64,000 bases of DNA from an uncultured Saprospiraceae bacterium (GCA_964396595.1 CAYNFR010000011.1:22848-86847); one strand, 5' to 3'. Counted from the stretch's first letter, positions 50,861-62,028 are shown. Made by a program: numbers and translations. Notes: generated by a model from the letters alone, not told the origin.

Positions 50861-51886
50861 TTGAACCTAATCAGTGATACAGTAACGAAGCCTACTCCCA
50901 CCATGCTGTCTTACATGATGGCGGCAGAGGTAGGTGATGATGTATTTAGAAACGATCCGACAGTTAACAAGCTGGAGTCCATGGCTGCCGAGATGTTTGG
51001 TAAAGAAGTTGCCCTTTTCTGCCCTTCCGGTACCATGACGAACCAAATCGCCATTAAAATGCATACGCAGGCATTAGATGAAATGATCTGCGATCACTTT
51101 TCTCATGTTTATCAATATGAGACGAGCGGATATGCTTACAATAGCGGTATAGGCGTAAAGTTAATTGAGGGCATAAATGGCAAGATCAGCCCAAGTCAGA
51201 TTTCCGAATCTGTTCATCCACCCTATGACTGGTTACCTAACAGCAAACTGGTCGTAATCGAGAATAGCTGCAATAAAGGAGGTGGATCTTATTATACACC
51301 CACTGAAATAGCAGAAATCAGAGATGTTTGTAATAAACATAGTTTAAAACTTCACCTGGATGGCGCCAGACTTTTTAATGTGCTGGTAGAGACAAATGAA
51401 TCTACCATAGCAGCAGGACAACCGTTCGATTCCATATCCATATGTTTATCAAAAGGACTTGGTGCACCGGTAGGATCACTTCTTATAGGCTCAGAAGAAG
51501 ATCTTCGATATGCGCGAAGACTGCGCAAGGTGATGGGCGGTGGCATGAGGCAAGCCGGGTATTTGGCCGCTGCAGGAATCTTTGCACTTGAAAATAATAT
51601 AGAGAGGTTAAAGATTGATAATAATCGTGCGAAGCTTATCGGAAGCCTGCTTGAAGACATAGACTACGTAAAAGCCGTCAAGCCGGTGGAGACGAATATT
51701 GTTATATTTAGTTTGGCGCAGAATCTTTCTACGCAGCAATTTTTAAACTTTCTAAGCTCTCATGGTATACAATCGACAGCATTCGGTCCGCAAGAGATAA
51801 GATTTGTTTTTCATCTAGACATTACAGAGAAAATGATGGACAGTTTGATAAATGTACTGCGTCTCAAGAGTCCCTTCAATACTTGA
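50861..51886 (+). CDS. ltaE: Low-specificity L-threonine aldolase
   Basis: LISDTVTKPT...GDDVFRNDPTVN...CPSGTMTNQIA. The PLP-Lys region SICLSKGLGAPVGS matches the threonine aldolase (GLY1) family. Confidence 0.8.
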   Translation: MNLISDTVTKPTPTMLSYMMAAEVGDDVFRNDPTVNKLESMAAEMFGKEVALFCPSGTMTNQIAIKMHTQALDEMICDHFSHVYQYETSGYAYNSGIGVKLIEGINGKISPSQISESVHPPYDWLPNSKLVVIENSCNKGGGSYYTPTEIAEIRDVCNKHSLKLHLDGARLFNVLVETNESTIAAGQPFDSISICLSKGLGAPVGSLLIGSEEDLRYARRLRKVMGGGMRQAGYLAAAGIFALENNIERLKIDNNRAKLIGSLLEDIDYVKAVKPVETNIVIFSLAQNLSTQQFLNFLSSHGIQSTAFGPQEIRFVFHLDITEKMMDSLINVLRLKSPFNT

Positions 51887-51895
51887 TAGGGTTCA

Positions 51896-53395
51896 TCACA
51901 ACAAATATCTTTCTAGCGCATCTGCGATCCTGCGATCATTACTCAATCGTGGCACCTTATTCTGACCACCGAGTTTGCCAATTGATTTCATATATTCACG
52001 AAAACTATAACTCTTCAACAGTCGAATCTTTAAAGCTTGCAATATCTGGCCAGTGATCAGATCGTCATAGTACGCATTTTGTGCTCTTAATTGATCATCC
52101 AGTTCTTTGGAGAATGCCTCAAGATTATCCGGGAGGGTGGTGAATTCTATCCACCATTCGTGATGGGGTTTTTCATCTGGTGAGGAAGGAATTATCCTTG
52201 GGGCAACGGTAAATTCAGCAAGAATACCACCCTGTAGCTCAAGTGTCTTGATCATAGCTTGTTCTACTTCTTTACTGATCACATGCTCTCCAAACGCAGA
52301 GATGAAATGCGTTACACGTCCACTCACTATAATTTTATATGGATTGAGGGAGGTAAACCGCACCGTGTCCCCTATGTCATAAGCCCACAATCCAGCGTCA
52401 GAAGTTAATATGACAGCATAATCTATTCCCAATTCTACATCTGACAGACTTAATCTCGTAGGCCGATCATTATCCAATTCATGCAATGGTACGAACTCGA
52501 AGAAAATTCCTCCATTGGTATTCAATAGTAACTCCTTCGAACCGAGCACATCTTGATAGGCAATAAATCCTTCTGATGCCGGAAAAGTCTCTAGCAGATC
52601 AATCTCCTTCCCTATCAAGTCATTCATTACTTGTCTGTAAGGCTCATAATTCACGCCACCATACATAAATAACTGAAGATTGGGGAAGACTTCGATCACG
52701 GATGATTTTCCCGTCAGTTCTAGCAGCCGCTCACAATACATTTGCACCCATGGCGGTATTCCGCTGATCAATCGCAGATCGGCAGCGCGAGTTTGATCGA
52801 CTATTCTATCAATCTTTTCCTCCCATTCTTCTATAATGTTTAGCTCATAAGAAGGTAACTGATTTGTCTTTAGCCACCAAGGAATCTCGTGATTAACAAT
52901 GCCGGACAATCTGCCGGTTTTAAGCCCATTGACATTTTCGAGTGTAGGACTACCGGATATAAACATCACCTTACCATCGAAGATTTTCGTGTTATTGCCT
53001 ATTGCCGCGTAATTCATCAAGGTTTTACGAGCTGCCATAATATGATGCGGCATGCTTTCATGCGTAATGGGAATATATTTTACTCCAGAGGTAGTACCGG
53101 AAGTTTTGGTCATATATTTTGGCCGACCAGGCCATAAAATACTGCTCTCACCTGAGAGGATTCTATCAAAATAATGCCTCTGCCCCTCATAATCTCTTAT
53201 TGGCACCAATCGTTGAAATTCTGTATGATCTTTTATGTCCTGAAAACCAAGCTCCTTTCCTATGAAGGTATTATTTGCCTTGTCTATCAGATAAGTAAAG
53301 ATCTTCTTCTGATCATCCAGCGCATTCTTACGCTCCTTCTTTACAATGGCAGCAATCGATCTGGCATATGGTTTGATAAATCTCGACTTCCACAT
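51896..53395 (-). CDS. GH3 (auxin-responsive-promoter) family acyl-acid-amido-synthetase-like protein
   Basis: Bacteroidota GH3 pattern: F..LVPIRDYE......GE..ILWPG, TSGTTSGVKYIPIT, adenylation-domain layout. Length is 499 aa. Confidence 0.75.
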   Translation of the reverse strand: MWKSRFIKPYARSIAAIVKKERKNALDDQKKIFTYLIDKANNTFIGKELGFQDIKDHTEFQRLVPIRDYEGQRHYFDRILSGESSILWPGRPKYMTKTSGTTSGVKYIPITHESMPHHIMAARKTLMNYAAIGNNTKIFDGKVMFISGSPTLENVNGLKTGRLSGIVNHEIPWWLKTNQLPSYELNIIEEWEEKIDRIVDQTRAADLRLISGIPPWVQMYCERLLELTGKSSVIEVFPNLQLFMYGGVNYEPYRQVMNDLIGKEIDLLETFPASEGFIAYQDVLGSKELLLNTNGGIFFEFVPLHELDNDRPTRLSLSDVELGIDYAVILTSDAGLWAYDIGDTVRFTSLNPYKIIVSGRVTHFISAFGEHVISKEVEQAMIKTLELQGGILAEFTVAPRIIPSSPDEKPHHEWWIEFTTLPDNLEAFSKELDDQLRAQNAYYDDLITGQILQALKIRLLKSYSFREYMKSIGKLGGQNKVPRLSNDRRIADALERYLL

Positions 53396-53402
53396 AAAAG
53401 CG

Positions 53403-55265
53403 CTATAGCTGCTGGTTTTTTAATGCGCCTGCAATATTAATGTCCATTACTCGCTCAGCTATGGGGCGTGTTACATCATTAAATTCATGCATAGCGCTCT
53501 CGATAGCATCTCTATCTTCTTCTTCCACCACATGTTTAAGTTTATTCCAACATTCTGTAATGGTTGACTTCTCAACTTCTGATAGGATGGATTCATTTTG
53601 TGATAAGAATTTAGTAGCATGTAGAAGTACATTATTCGCTTCTATTCGGGATTCGAGTAATGCCTTCTTGGTACGATCTGATTCTGCATTTTCAATAGCA
53701 CTCTTGAGCATGATTGCCATTTGTTCTTCGGAAATGCCATATTGAGATCTGATCTCTACTTCTGTTGAGGTATTGCTTCTCAACTCTTGGGCTTTGACGC
53801 GAAGTATGCCATCTGCATCTATCATAAATTTTATCTCGATTTTAGGAATGCCGGCAGGCATAGGCGGTATATTGGACAGAATGAACTCGCCTAGCTTTCT
53901 GTTATCTGATACCAGATCACGTTCTCCTTGGAATACGGAAACGCGCAATTTTGTCTGTCCATCCACAGAAGTAGTATATTGGCGTCCTGCGCTGGCAGGG
54001 ACTTTCGTATTACGCGGAATGATAACATCCATCAAGCCACCTACTGTTTCTATGCCTAGAGACAGTGGTGTGATATCAAGCAGAAGCATATCCTTCCGAT
54101 TCCCGGCCAAAATATCCGCCTGTACTGCTGCACCTAGCGCCACGACACTATCCGGATCTAGTGAATCATTAACCTTCTTTCCGAAAAATTCGCCCACACG
54201 CTGCTTGATGACGGGCGTTCTTGTCGATCCACCGACCATAATTACTTCGTCAATATCAGAAATACGGATACCACTATCTTTTAAGCAAGATTTACAATGA
54301 TCAAGCGTCCGACAAATAAAAGGCTCTATTAGTGACTCAAAAGCAGATTTGCTTATCTCAAAAGTACCATCATCACTAGACAAGATGCATGACTCATGCG
54401 AGGACAAATGTTTTTTGGCCTGTTCGGCCAATAAGCGCAATCGCTGGCCGAATGATTTATCTGCTTCTAAGCGATGTACATCAATAGCATACTTATCTAA
54501 CCAATAATCGATAATCGATTTATCGAGATCATCCCCGCCGAGGAAAGTGTCCCCATTAGTAGCCAACACTTCAAATACACCATCTTCGATCTGGAGAATT
54601 GAAATATCAAATGTTCCCCCTCCGAGATCATAAACGGCTACTCGTTTCATTTCATTCCTGCGCGTACCAATATCGTAAGCCAGACTGGCTGCCGTAGGTT
54701 CGTTAATAATGCGCAGTACATCTAGCCCCGCTAGTTTACCTGCATCCCTAGTCGCTTGACGTTGTGAATCATTGAAATAAGCGGGCACCGTGATTACAAC
54801 TTGCTCAATGGATCTTCCCAGCTTCTGAGTTGCAATTTTTTTAAGCTCTTTCAAGATTTCAGCTGACAATTCTACAGGAGAATAAAAGCGCTGCCCCACC
54901 TTGATTTTAACTAGACTATCTTGATGCTCATCAATTATTTCGTACCCAAGATGATTCTTGAGTTCATTAAGATCTTTAAATGACTTTCCGAGCAATCTTT
55001 TGACAGAATAAATGGTGCGAGATGGATCTGACACGAGATGCTGCCGTGCTTGCTCTCCTACTATAACCTCGTCATTTTCTGATATATAAACGACACTGGG
55101 TACAAGTACGCTCTTGCCATCATTATAATCCACTGTGGTGGGGCTTCCATTATTGATGTAAGCCACAAGACTGTTCGTTGTGCCTAAGTCGATACCTACA
55201 ACAATAGGCTTGATTTGCTCTTTTTCGACGGTACCATCCTTAATGTTAATAGAAATTTTGGCCAT
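53403..55265 (-). CDS. Hsp70-family chaperone paralog (HscA-like)
   Basis: [36 protein letters not shown]. 620 aa. There is no grpE or dnaJ nearby. Confidence 0.85.
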   Translation of the reverse strand: MAKISINIKDGTVEKEQIKPIVVGIDLGTTNSLVAYINNGSPTTVDYNDGKSVLVPSVVYISENDEVIVGEQARQHLVSDPSRTIYSVKRLLGKSFKDLNELKNHLGYEIIDEHQDSLVKIKVGQRFYSPVELSAEILKELKKIATQKLGRSIEQVVITVPAYFNDSQRQATRDAGKLAGLDVLRIINEPTAASLAYDIGTRRNEMKRVAVYDLGGGTFDISILQIEDGVFEVLATNGDTFLGGDDLDKSIIDYWLDKYAIDVHRLEADKSFGQRLRLLAEQAKKHLSSHESCILSSDDGTFEISKSAFESLIEPFICRTLDHCKSCLKDSGIRISDIDEVIMVGGSTRTPVIKQRVGEFFGKKVNDSLDPDSVVALGAAVQADILAGNRKDMLLLDITPLSLGIETVGGLMDVIIPRNTKVPASAGRQYTTSVDGQTKLRVSVFQGERDLVSDNRKLGEFILSNIPPMPAGIPKIEIKFMIDADGILRVKAQELRSNTSTEVEIRSQYGISEEQMAIMLKSAIENAESDRTKKALLESRIEANNVLLHATKFLSQNESILSEVEKSTITECWNKLKHVVEEEDRDAIESAMHEFNDVTRPIAERVMDINIAGALKNQQL

Positions 55266-55329
55266 TTATCAGTTTTTTATGATCTATTCTGTGGTTAATC
55301 AGTTATTTACCTAATTAAAGAACATTCTA

Positions 55330-56118
55330 ATGTCTGAGTATTTAAATAACAAAGGGAATATTCTGTTCTTAATCCTCGCGGCTTTCTTTATCACGAATGC
55401 GGTGATAGCTGAATTTATGGGGGTAAAGATATTCTCTTTGGAAGCAACATTTGGTTTTGAGCCTATGAATTGGACGATCATGGGTGTGGAGAACCTCGGT
55501 TTCAATTTGTCAGCGGGAGTTCTTTTATGGCCAATCGTCTTTCTCATGACAGATGTCATCAACGAATATTACGGACAGCGCGGGGTGAGACTCCTATCAT
55601 TTGTAACAGCTGGTCTGATACTTTATGGCTTTTTTATGATCTATGGTGCCATAGGCATGTCTCCCAATCAATGGTGGCAATTTGAGAGTGGTCTTCTAAC
55701 AGAAAATCCCGATTTACATGTAGATGACATGGATCTGGCATTTAGAAGGATACTGGGTCAAGGTTTATGGATTATTGTAGGCAGTCTTGTTGCCTTTTTA
55801 GTAGGGCAAATAATAGATGTCACCGTTTTTCACTCGATAAAGAAAATTACCGGTGAGAAAAAGATTTGGTTACGAGCGACAGGCTCAACCTTGATAAGTC
55901 AGTTTGTTGACAGTTTCGTCGTGCTGTATGTTGCGTTTTATATAGGTGCGGACTGGGATATCATTCGGGTGTTAGCTATAGGCGTTGTTAATTATTCATA
56001 TAAATTTATCATAGCCATATTTATGACGCCCTTATTGTATGTTATCCATCACTTCATCGATAAGTATCTCGGAGCAGAATTAAGTACAAAAATGAAAGCT
56101 GAAGCCGCATTGGTGTAA
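55330..56118 (+). CDS. YhhQ/VUT-family queuosine-precursor transporter-like membrane protein
   Basis: 262 aa, about 6 TM helices. The DUF165-like layout is tentative. Confidence 0.45.
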   Translation: MSEYLNNKGNILFLILAAFFITNAVIAEFMGVKIFSLEATFGFEPMNWTIMGVENLGFNLSAGVLLWPIVFLMTDVINEYYGQRGVRLLSFVTAGLILYGFFMIYGAIGMSPNQWWQFESGLLTENPDLHVDDMDLAFRRILGQGLWIIVGSLVAFLVGQIIDVTVFHSIKKITGEKKIWLRATGSTLISQFVDSFVVLYVAFYIGADWDIIRVLAIGVVNYSYKFIIAIFMTPLLYVIHHFIDKYLGAELSTKMKAEAALV

Positions 56119-56157
56119 TTTTTTATAGATTCGCGGGGCGATTTACAACTTATATCC

Positions 56158-57081
56158 ATGTCTCAGATAACTTCCACGATCTTAATGGTTCGCCCCGAAA
56201 ACTTCGGATTTAATCCCGAAACGGCTAACAACAATGCCTTTCAAAAAAATGATGGCGTCCTATCCCCTATGGAGATATCCGAGAGGGCGCAGTTAGAATT
56301 TGATACGATGACTTCTAGCTTGATGGAGCAGGGTGTGAATATAATCATCGTCGAAGACACGCTTAAGCCGATCAAGACTGATGCGGTCTTTCCGAATAAT
56401 TGGTTTACCACACATGCAGACGGACATCTGTATGTCTATCCCATGTATAGTCCCAATCGAAGATTGGAACGCAGAGACGATATTATCGCCTCTCTGATAA
56501 ATAATTATGGCTATCGACTACGACAAGAATTACTGTCCGTGGAAAGTAAAGGAAGATATTTGGAAGGTACTGGAAGCATGATACTCGATCGAGAGCATAA
56601 GAAAATATATGCTTGCATTAGTGAAAGAACACATCCTATCTTACTCCAGAAATATGGATTAATGAAAGGCTATGAAGTCATTGCATTTCATGCAAATGAT
56701 AAAAACAACAAAGCATATTATCACACCAATGTCATTATGACCCTATGTCGTCATATCGCTATAATATGCCTAGAGTCAATAGCTGATAAAAACCAAAGAA
56801 ATAAACTAATCTATTCGCTCCAACAGACCGGTAAGGAAATTATCCCTATAAGCATGGATCAAGTTGAACAATTCGCGGGCAATATGCTTGAAGTAAGTGG
56901 GGCTCATGAAAAATCATTGCTCGTCATGTCAACGTCAGCTTTCAACAGCCTCGACGATGAACAAATCATGTTTATCGAAAAACATCACATTATAAGTCAT
57001 CACAATCTGAGTACCATAGAGAAGTATGGCGGTGGAAGTGCTAGGTGTATGATGGCGGAGATTTTTATTCCTGCGGTATAA
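56158..57081 (+). CDS. Amidinotransferase-superfamily hydrolase (CtlX / DDAH / arginine-deiminase-related)
   Basis: About 300 aa. C-terminal GGGSARCMMAEIF contains the superfamily nucleophile Cys. N-terminal MVRPENFGFNPETA is typical of the family. Confidence 0.5.
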   Translation: MSQITSTILMVRPENFGFNPETANNNAFQKNDGVLSPMEISERAQLEFDTMTSSLMEQGVNIIIVEDTLKPIKTDAVFPNNWFTTHADGHLYVYPMYSPNRRLERRDDIIASLINNYGYRLRQELLSVESKGRYLEGTGSMILDREHKKIYACISERTHPILLQKYGLMKGYEVIAFHANDKNNKAYYHTNVIMTLCRHIAIICLESIADKNQRNKLIYSLQQTGKEIIPISMDQVEQFAGNMLEVSGAHEKSLLVMSTSAFNSLDDEQIMFIEKHHIISHHNLSTIEKYGGGSARCMMAEIFIPAV

Positions 57082-57528
57082 ATTTTTCTATATCGTCTTC
57101 CTGAGTTAAATGTCCTTTATACTCTCAGTAAAAAAAGCATAACCACTATTTACTGTCAAGCAGGGTAATCCCTAGATTTACAGTAAAAAAATTATGTTGA
57201 TTGTCAATATTTTATACATTAAAAACATATGATATATGTTAAAAATGTTAAATTTGAGAAATTTTTAGAAAAAGTAGGGAAAAAGACCAACATTTTGTGT
57301 CTTTCATACGTACTATACTAAGAGTTAAGAATTAAGAAAATTTTTCCCATGAATGCCTTGAACAGATTTATTAATCGTATCGTCAGGTGGTTTTCTCTCA
57401 GCATGCGCAGAAGAAGGCTATTATTGACTGATGAAGAATACAATGATTGGTTAGGGGTATAACACACCGCTGATCTTTGAAACAACAGAAATGTTGAAAT
57501 TTTAGTGAATAAGAAGACTTTATCTTAC

Positions 57529-57876
57529 TTAAAGATGGAGTCTTTCTTTTCTATCTAATAGGACTTCTTCAGATTCCCTTCGATCAGGATCAGGTACACA
57601 ACAATCTACTGGACACACAGCAGCACATTGAGGTTCTTCATGAAACCCTATACATTCTGTACACTTATCCGCGACAATAAAATAATATTCATCACTAACA
57701 GGGGCTTGTTCATCATTTACATTTACTACCGATCCTGTCTCAAGCGTGTAATCACCGCTCAAGGAAGTACCATCGGACATTTTCCATAACACGCCTCCTT
57801 CGTATATCGCATTATTTGGGCACTCTGGTTCGCATGCCCCGCAATTGATACACTCGTCTGTAATAATAATCGCCAT
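57529..57876 (-). CDS. 2x[4Fe-4S] ferredoxin
   Basis: CINCGACEPECP and CTECIGFHEEPQCAAVCP cysteine clusters. Confidence 0.85.
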   Translation of the reverse strand: MAIIITDECINCGACEPECPNNAIYEGGVLWKMSDGTSLSGDYTLETGSVVNVNDEQAPVSDEYYFIVADKCTECIGFHEEPQCAAVCPVDCCVPDPDRRESEEVLLDRKERLHL

Positions 57877-57995
57877 ACCTTCTCTTGATAAAATGCAAAG
57901 TTAATCACTCCTACACTTCCTTGCCATAATAACTCGGATTTACACCTAATACAAGGAAGTATCTAAATGTTTAGCTCGACATTATTTTAAAAGAG

Positions 57996-58646
57996 CTAAT
58001 GTCTGAAGTTTCTCACCAATCCTCCTGCAAAAGAAACACTTAGATATGATCCGAAGCAAGTAATAATGGCATATGGCCAATTTGAACATAGCGCGAAAAC
58101 GGTTGCAATTACAATAGTCCAAAGTTTCCAGTTCTTAATTATGCCGCCTTGTTTCAGGGAAAAAAAACTCATTCTTATGTTCATACTAATAGCTGTCAGA
58201 CAAGCTATGACATATACTATATGAGAAGCGAATAATTCACTATTCTGCTGACCATGGAGCATGACTAAGCCGACCATAATCCCCGCAGCAGACGGACTAG
58301 GCAATCCATTGAATGAAGGACTGTATTCGTTTACATTAAACTTAGCTAGTCGGTATAAAGCCGAAATCGAATAAAAAATAGCAATAAGTAAGGCCTCATT
58401 ATTGCCGTATATATTAAAAAAAAGATAAGCAGGTGCAACCCCAAAACTTACAAGATCCGCTAACGAATCCAGCTCTTTTCCAAGATTGCCACTTACCCCA
58501 AGTTTTCGTGCAAGATAACCATCAAAGATGTCTAACACCATAGCAAAAATAATAAGCCATACCCCTAGCACAGCATCCCCCAGAAGTAAGGCAAGCATGC
58601 CACAAACCGCATTGAGCAATGTGATCGTGTTTGGTATTTTTTCCAT
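57996..58646 (-). CDS. pssA: CDP-alcohol phosphatidyltransferase (phosphatidylserine-synthase-like)
   Basis: The DGYLARKLGVSGNLGKELDSLADLVSFGVAP motif matches D-G-x2-A-R-x8-G-x3-D-x3-D. About 6 TM helices. I chose the start at MEKIPN (58646). Confidence 0.7.
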   Translation of the reverse strand: MEKIPNTITLLNAVCGMLALLLGDAVLGVWLIIFAMVLDIFDGYLARKLGVSGNLGKELDSLADLVSFGVAPAYLFFNIYGNNEALLIAIFYSISALYRLAKFNVNEYSPSFNGLPSPSAAGIMVGLVMLHGQQNSELFASHIVYVIACLTAISMNIRMSFFSLKQGGIIKNWKLWTIVIATVFALCSNWPYAIITCFGSYLSVSFAGGLVRNFRH

Positions 58647-58852
58647 CGAAGTGTTAAACCAAATCAAAAATAAGGCTGATAAATAAATTTGTTAGGAGAA
58701 AACGCATTATTGGAGTTAAATAATTCTATCAACGCGGCGTAAATGTTATAAAACGCATGTGTATCAGTCGAGTTTAGAGAATTTCGTACCAAGTTAACGC
58801 TATTCAAACAAAAAGTCCTTAATTTTCGTGATCAATACAAGAACGACAATCG

Positions 58853-59224
58853 ATGAATACAACGCTAGGCTTTTTTAGGTATGGAATCTTATCCTGTGTG
58901 GTAATGATTTTATTCGCAGCTTGCCAACATAGTGCCAATGCGAAGTCTTCCTCTGATCCTTGTTCTGTCTTGGCACAAGCCCTTCAAGAAACATATATCA
59001 ATACTACCCGAGAAGGACAATTAATATTCAGCGGTGGGCTCGAAGGAACGATGGACGCCAGTGGTGTAGATTATAATGCTATGACTTGTACGTATAAGGT
59101 AGTGGACTGTCTAAATGGCAAACTAAACATGCGTTGTGACGGTTCTCAATTTAGTGTTGACTTCATTATGTATTCTCGCGATTCAATATTCTTCGCAGAC
59201 GCAACTTACTTAAGAAAGAAATAA
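58853..59224 (+). CDS. Hypothetical lipoprotein (123 aa)
   Basis: Signal peptide plus lipobox-like FAAC, Cys-containing. Confidence 0.4.
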   Translation: MNTTLGFFRYGILSCVVMILFAACQHSANAKSSSDPCSVLAQALQETYINTTREGQLIFSGGLEGTMDASGVDYNAMTCTYKVVDCLNGKLNMRCDGSQFSVDFIMYSRDSIFFADATYLRKK

Positions 59225-59255
59225 AAGCACTTAACAGCATCAAAAGAACAATCTT

Positions 59256-61091
59256 ATGGTTATCAAGAACATCCTGAATAAAATAGACAATCCGCGAATA
59301 ACTTCCATTTCAGGTCTTGATGCCGCTTTCCTATACGCAGAGACCCCTACCAGCCCTATGCACGTGGGTAGCGTCGCGGTCATCGAAGGATCCTTAAAGT
59401 TTGACACATTTAGAGCGTTGCTCCAATCACGGATTCATAAGATACCTACTTTGCGTAAACGCTTGATGTGGGTACCACTTAGTATGGATTATCCTTATTG
59501 GGTCGACGACCCACACTTCAATATAGATTTACATTTACAACATGTCGCATTACCTCGTCCGGGCAGCTGGAAAGAACTGAGATCCATGGCTTCGCAGATC
59601 TTTAGTGAGCCATTGGACCGTTCTCGTCCTTTGTGGCAGTTCACTTTCGTAGAAGGTCTTGACAATGTTACTGCAGTTCCATCAGGTTCTGTTGCCATTA
59701 TAAGCAAGATGCATCACGTAGCCATAGACGGCATGGCAGGAGCCGGAATGTTGAGCTTAATATTTGATCTCAGCCCGGAAACAAAAGAACTGCCGCCTCC
59801 AAAACCATTTAAACCCAGGCCTCTTCCCAATGAAGCCGAACTATTGAGTAAAAGTGCATTGGAGTTTGCCAAAAACCCTTTAAGACTGCCCAAGATAGTC
59901 GGTGAAACAGTTAAAGCAACCGTCAAAGCAGGGGTACTCACCCGGATGCAAGGCGTTGATTTGCCTACTGCTCCTTTCTCAGCCCCTGCCACATCGCTCA
60001 ATGGTATTATCTCTGCGCAGCGAAAATGGAATGCTGCCGTACTATCTCTTGAACGTGTCAAAACGCTCAAAAACATTATGGGAACTACCCTCAATGACAT
60101 AGTGCTTACTATCTGTTCTGGGGCATTGCGCAGATATCTTCTCGAAAAAAATCAACTTCCTTCAAAGCCTTTAGTCGCAATGATCCCGATATCCGTAAGA
60201 TCTAAAGAGGCAGAGGGACAATCAATGGGTGGTAATCAACTATCCAATATGCTCGTGCAGCTTTCTACTCATATCGAAAATCCGCTAGAACGACTTGAAC
60301 ACATCTATGAACATACACTTAAAGGAAAAACCTATCAAGGTGCCATAGGGGCAAAAACACTCTCAAACCTAGCAGAAGTAATTCCTTTTGGCGTGGCTAA
60401 TCAAGCATCGAGACTTTATTCCAGATACAGCCTTTCGAAGCTTCACAAACCGGTTTTTAACGTAGTAATCACCAATGTCCCCGGTCCCAATGTTCCGATT
60501 TATATGCACGGTCATCAATTACTGTCCGTCATGGGAATGGCTCCTGTCATAGATGGAATGGGCTTAATTATAACCATCTTTAGTTACAATGGCTTGCTCA
60601 CCATAAGCGCTACTTCTGATGCCAAATCAATGCCGGACATAGACATATTTACAAGATACATTCGCGAATCCGCCAATGAACTTGAAGACCATGTCCTGCA
60701 ATATCAAAAAGAACAAGAAAAAAAGAAACCTACCAAATTAAGCCTCGACTCTGACAAGTTGTTCGATCATCTTAAAGTAGCTTTTGCAGACAATGCTACG
60801 CACATCAAACCAAACAATGGTAAATTCCAATTCAAGATACTGAAAGGTGATGACATCGGGCTATGGTCCATCAATCTTGATGGCTCGCCGGGAGTCGTCA
60901 AGCGAGGGAAAATAAGCTCTCCCGATGCTGTATTCACGGTCAATGATGATCACTTGTTAAAAATAGGTACCGGAGAACTTGATTTCCAGACCGCATTTGT
61001 GCAAGGCAGAATTTCTCTTGTAGGTGATATGGCTAAGGCAATGAAACTCTCTACAATTCTTACTAAGTTGCCGAAACTTACTAGTCTGTAG
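59256..61091 (+). CDS. Wax ester synthase / diacylglycerol O-acyltransferase (WS/DGAT) with a C-terminal SCP2 sterol-carrier domain
   Basis: Catalytic HHVAIDGMAG (HHxxxDG). WS/DGAT N- and C-terminal halves. The extra ~110-aa tail (FQFKILKGDDIGLWSINLDG...FTVNDDHLLKIGTGELDFQTAFVQGRISLVGDMAKAMKL) is SCP2-like. Confidence 0.75.
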   Translation: MVIKNILNKIDNPRITSISGLDAAFLYAETPTSPMHVGSVAVIEGSLKFDTFRALLQSRIHKIPTLRKRLMWVPLSMDYPYWVDDPHFNIDLHLQHVALPRPGSWKELRSMASQIFSEPLDRSRPLWQFTFVEGLDNVTAVPSGSVAIISKMHHVAIDGMAGAGMLSLIFDLSPETKELPPPKPFKPRPLPNEAELLSKSALEFAKNPLRLPKIVGETVKATVKAGVLTRMQGVDLPTAPFSAPATSLNGIISAQRKWNAAVLSLERVKTLKNIMGTTLNDIVLTICSGALRRYLLEKNQLPSKPLVAMIPISVRSKEAEGQSMGGNQLSNMLVQLSTHIENPLERLEHIYEHTLKGKTYQGAIGAKTLSNLAEVIPFGVANQASRLYSRYSLSKLHKPVFNVVITNVPGPNVPIYMHGHQLLSVMGMAPVIDGMGLIITIFSYNGLLTISATSDAKSMPDIDIFTRYIRESANELEDHVLQYQKEQEKKKPTKLSLDSDKLFDHLKVAFADNATHIKPNNGKFQFKILKGDDIGLWSINLDGSPGVVKRGKISSPDAVFTVNDDHLLKIGTGELDFQTAFVQGRISLVGDMAKAMKLSTILTKLPKLTSL

Positions 61092-61410
61092 AATTATTAA
61101 AAATATATATTGACAAAATTATTAAAGTTTGATAGACCTAGATCAGAGATTTCAATAAATATAATGTTGATAGGATACAATGTCCCTATAGGCTCAAAAT
61201 GGCCTCTAAATGCCCATTTCTCATATATCAGCCACTACACATTGCGATAATCAAAGACAGAATGGGAAGCGGAAAATGGAGAAATTGAGGTAAAAAGACT
61301 TGTTTTTATATCAACTGACTTGGAAATAGGATAAAAAGGTGTCAAAAATGGATGTTTGCGCAACGGATGCGGCTGTTGTGGGGCGTTCTTTCTTTTATAA
61401 AATCAATATT

Positions 61411-62028
61411 TTATTCTATGTATGGCATTTTTTTACTTGCTTGTCTCATTGATCTGTCTACAAGTCTTGAAGGACTGCTGCCAAGACTTCCGGAAAACTT
61501 ATGGTCATAATTCCAAATTAATTTTTTGTTGTGACAATCGCTAATACTTAATGTTACACGTACTTCGTTTGTCGAACCCAAAGCACCAAATATTAAAGCA
61601 ACTGCAACCGCAGCTCCGTCAGTCATTGGTTTCGACAAGCCGTAATTGGAAGTCATTATACCATCTACTCCAAGCACTTCACATAATTCATCTGTTGTCA
61701 ACAGATTTTCTGGATAACCCATCTTTTTTAATTTTGTATTTGTAGTTTCTATTTCTTGTATCCCTTGTGAAATTTTTTCCTGCATTTTTCTTTTGAGCAT
61801 CCAAGAATGCATTTCTTTTTGAAAATTAATTGATTCTGTTCTTTGCTGTTCTTTCATTGATTCAGCGCTAATTTTCTTACTTGCAGCAATTGATACTGTT
61901 GGCGGAATAATTGCTATTGTTTGGTGACTACTTGCTCTAACCTTAGCATCAGGGCTATAATAAATTTTTGCACAACTACTTAACATAAAAGCGGTTGTCA
62001 AAAACAGAATTGTTGTGATTTTATTCAT
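61411..62028 (-). CDS. Hypothetical lipoprotein (205 aa)
   Basis: Signal peptide plus lipobox LSSC. Confidence 0.45.
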   Translation of the reverse strand: MNKITTILFLTTAFMLSSCAKIYYSPDAKVRASSHQTIAIIPPTVSIAASKKISAESMKEQQRTESINFQKEMHSWMLKRKMQEKISQGIQEIETTNTKLKKMGYPENLLTTDELCEVLGVDGIMTSNYGLSKPMTDGAAVAVALIFGALGSTNEVRVTLSISDCHNKKLIWNYDHKFSGSLGSSPSRLVDRSMRQASKKMPYIE

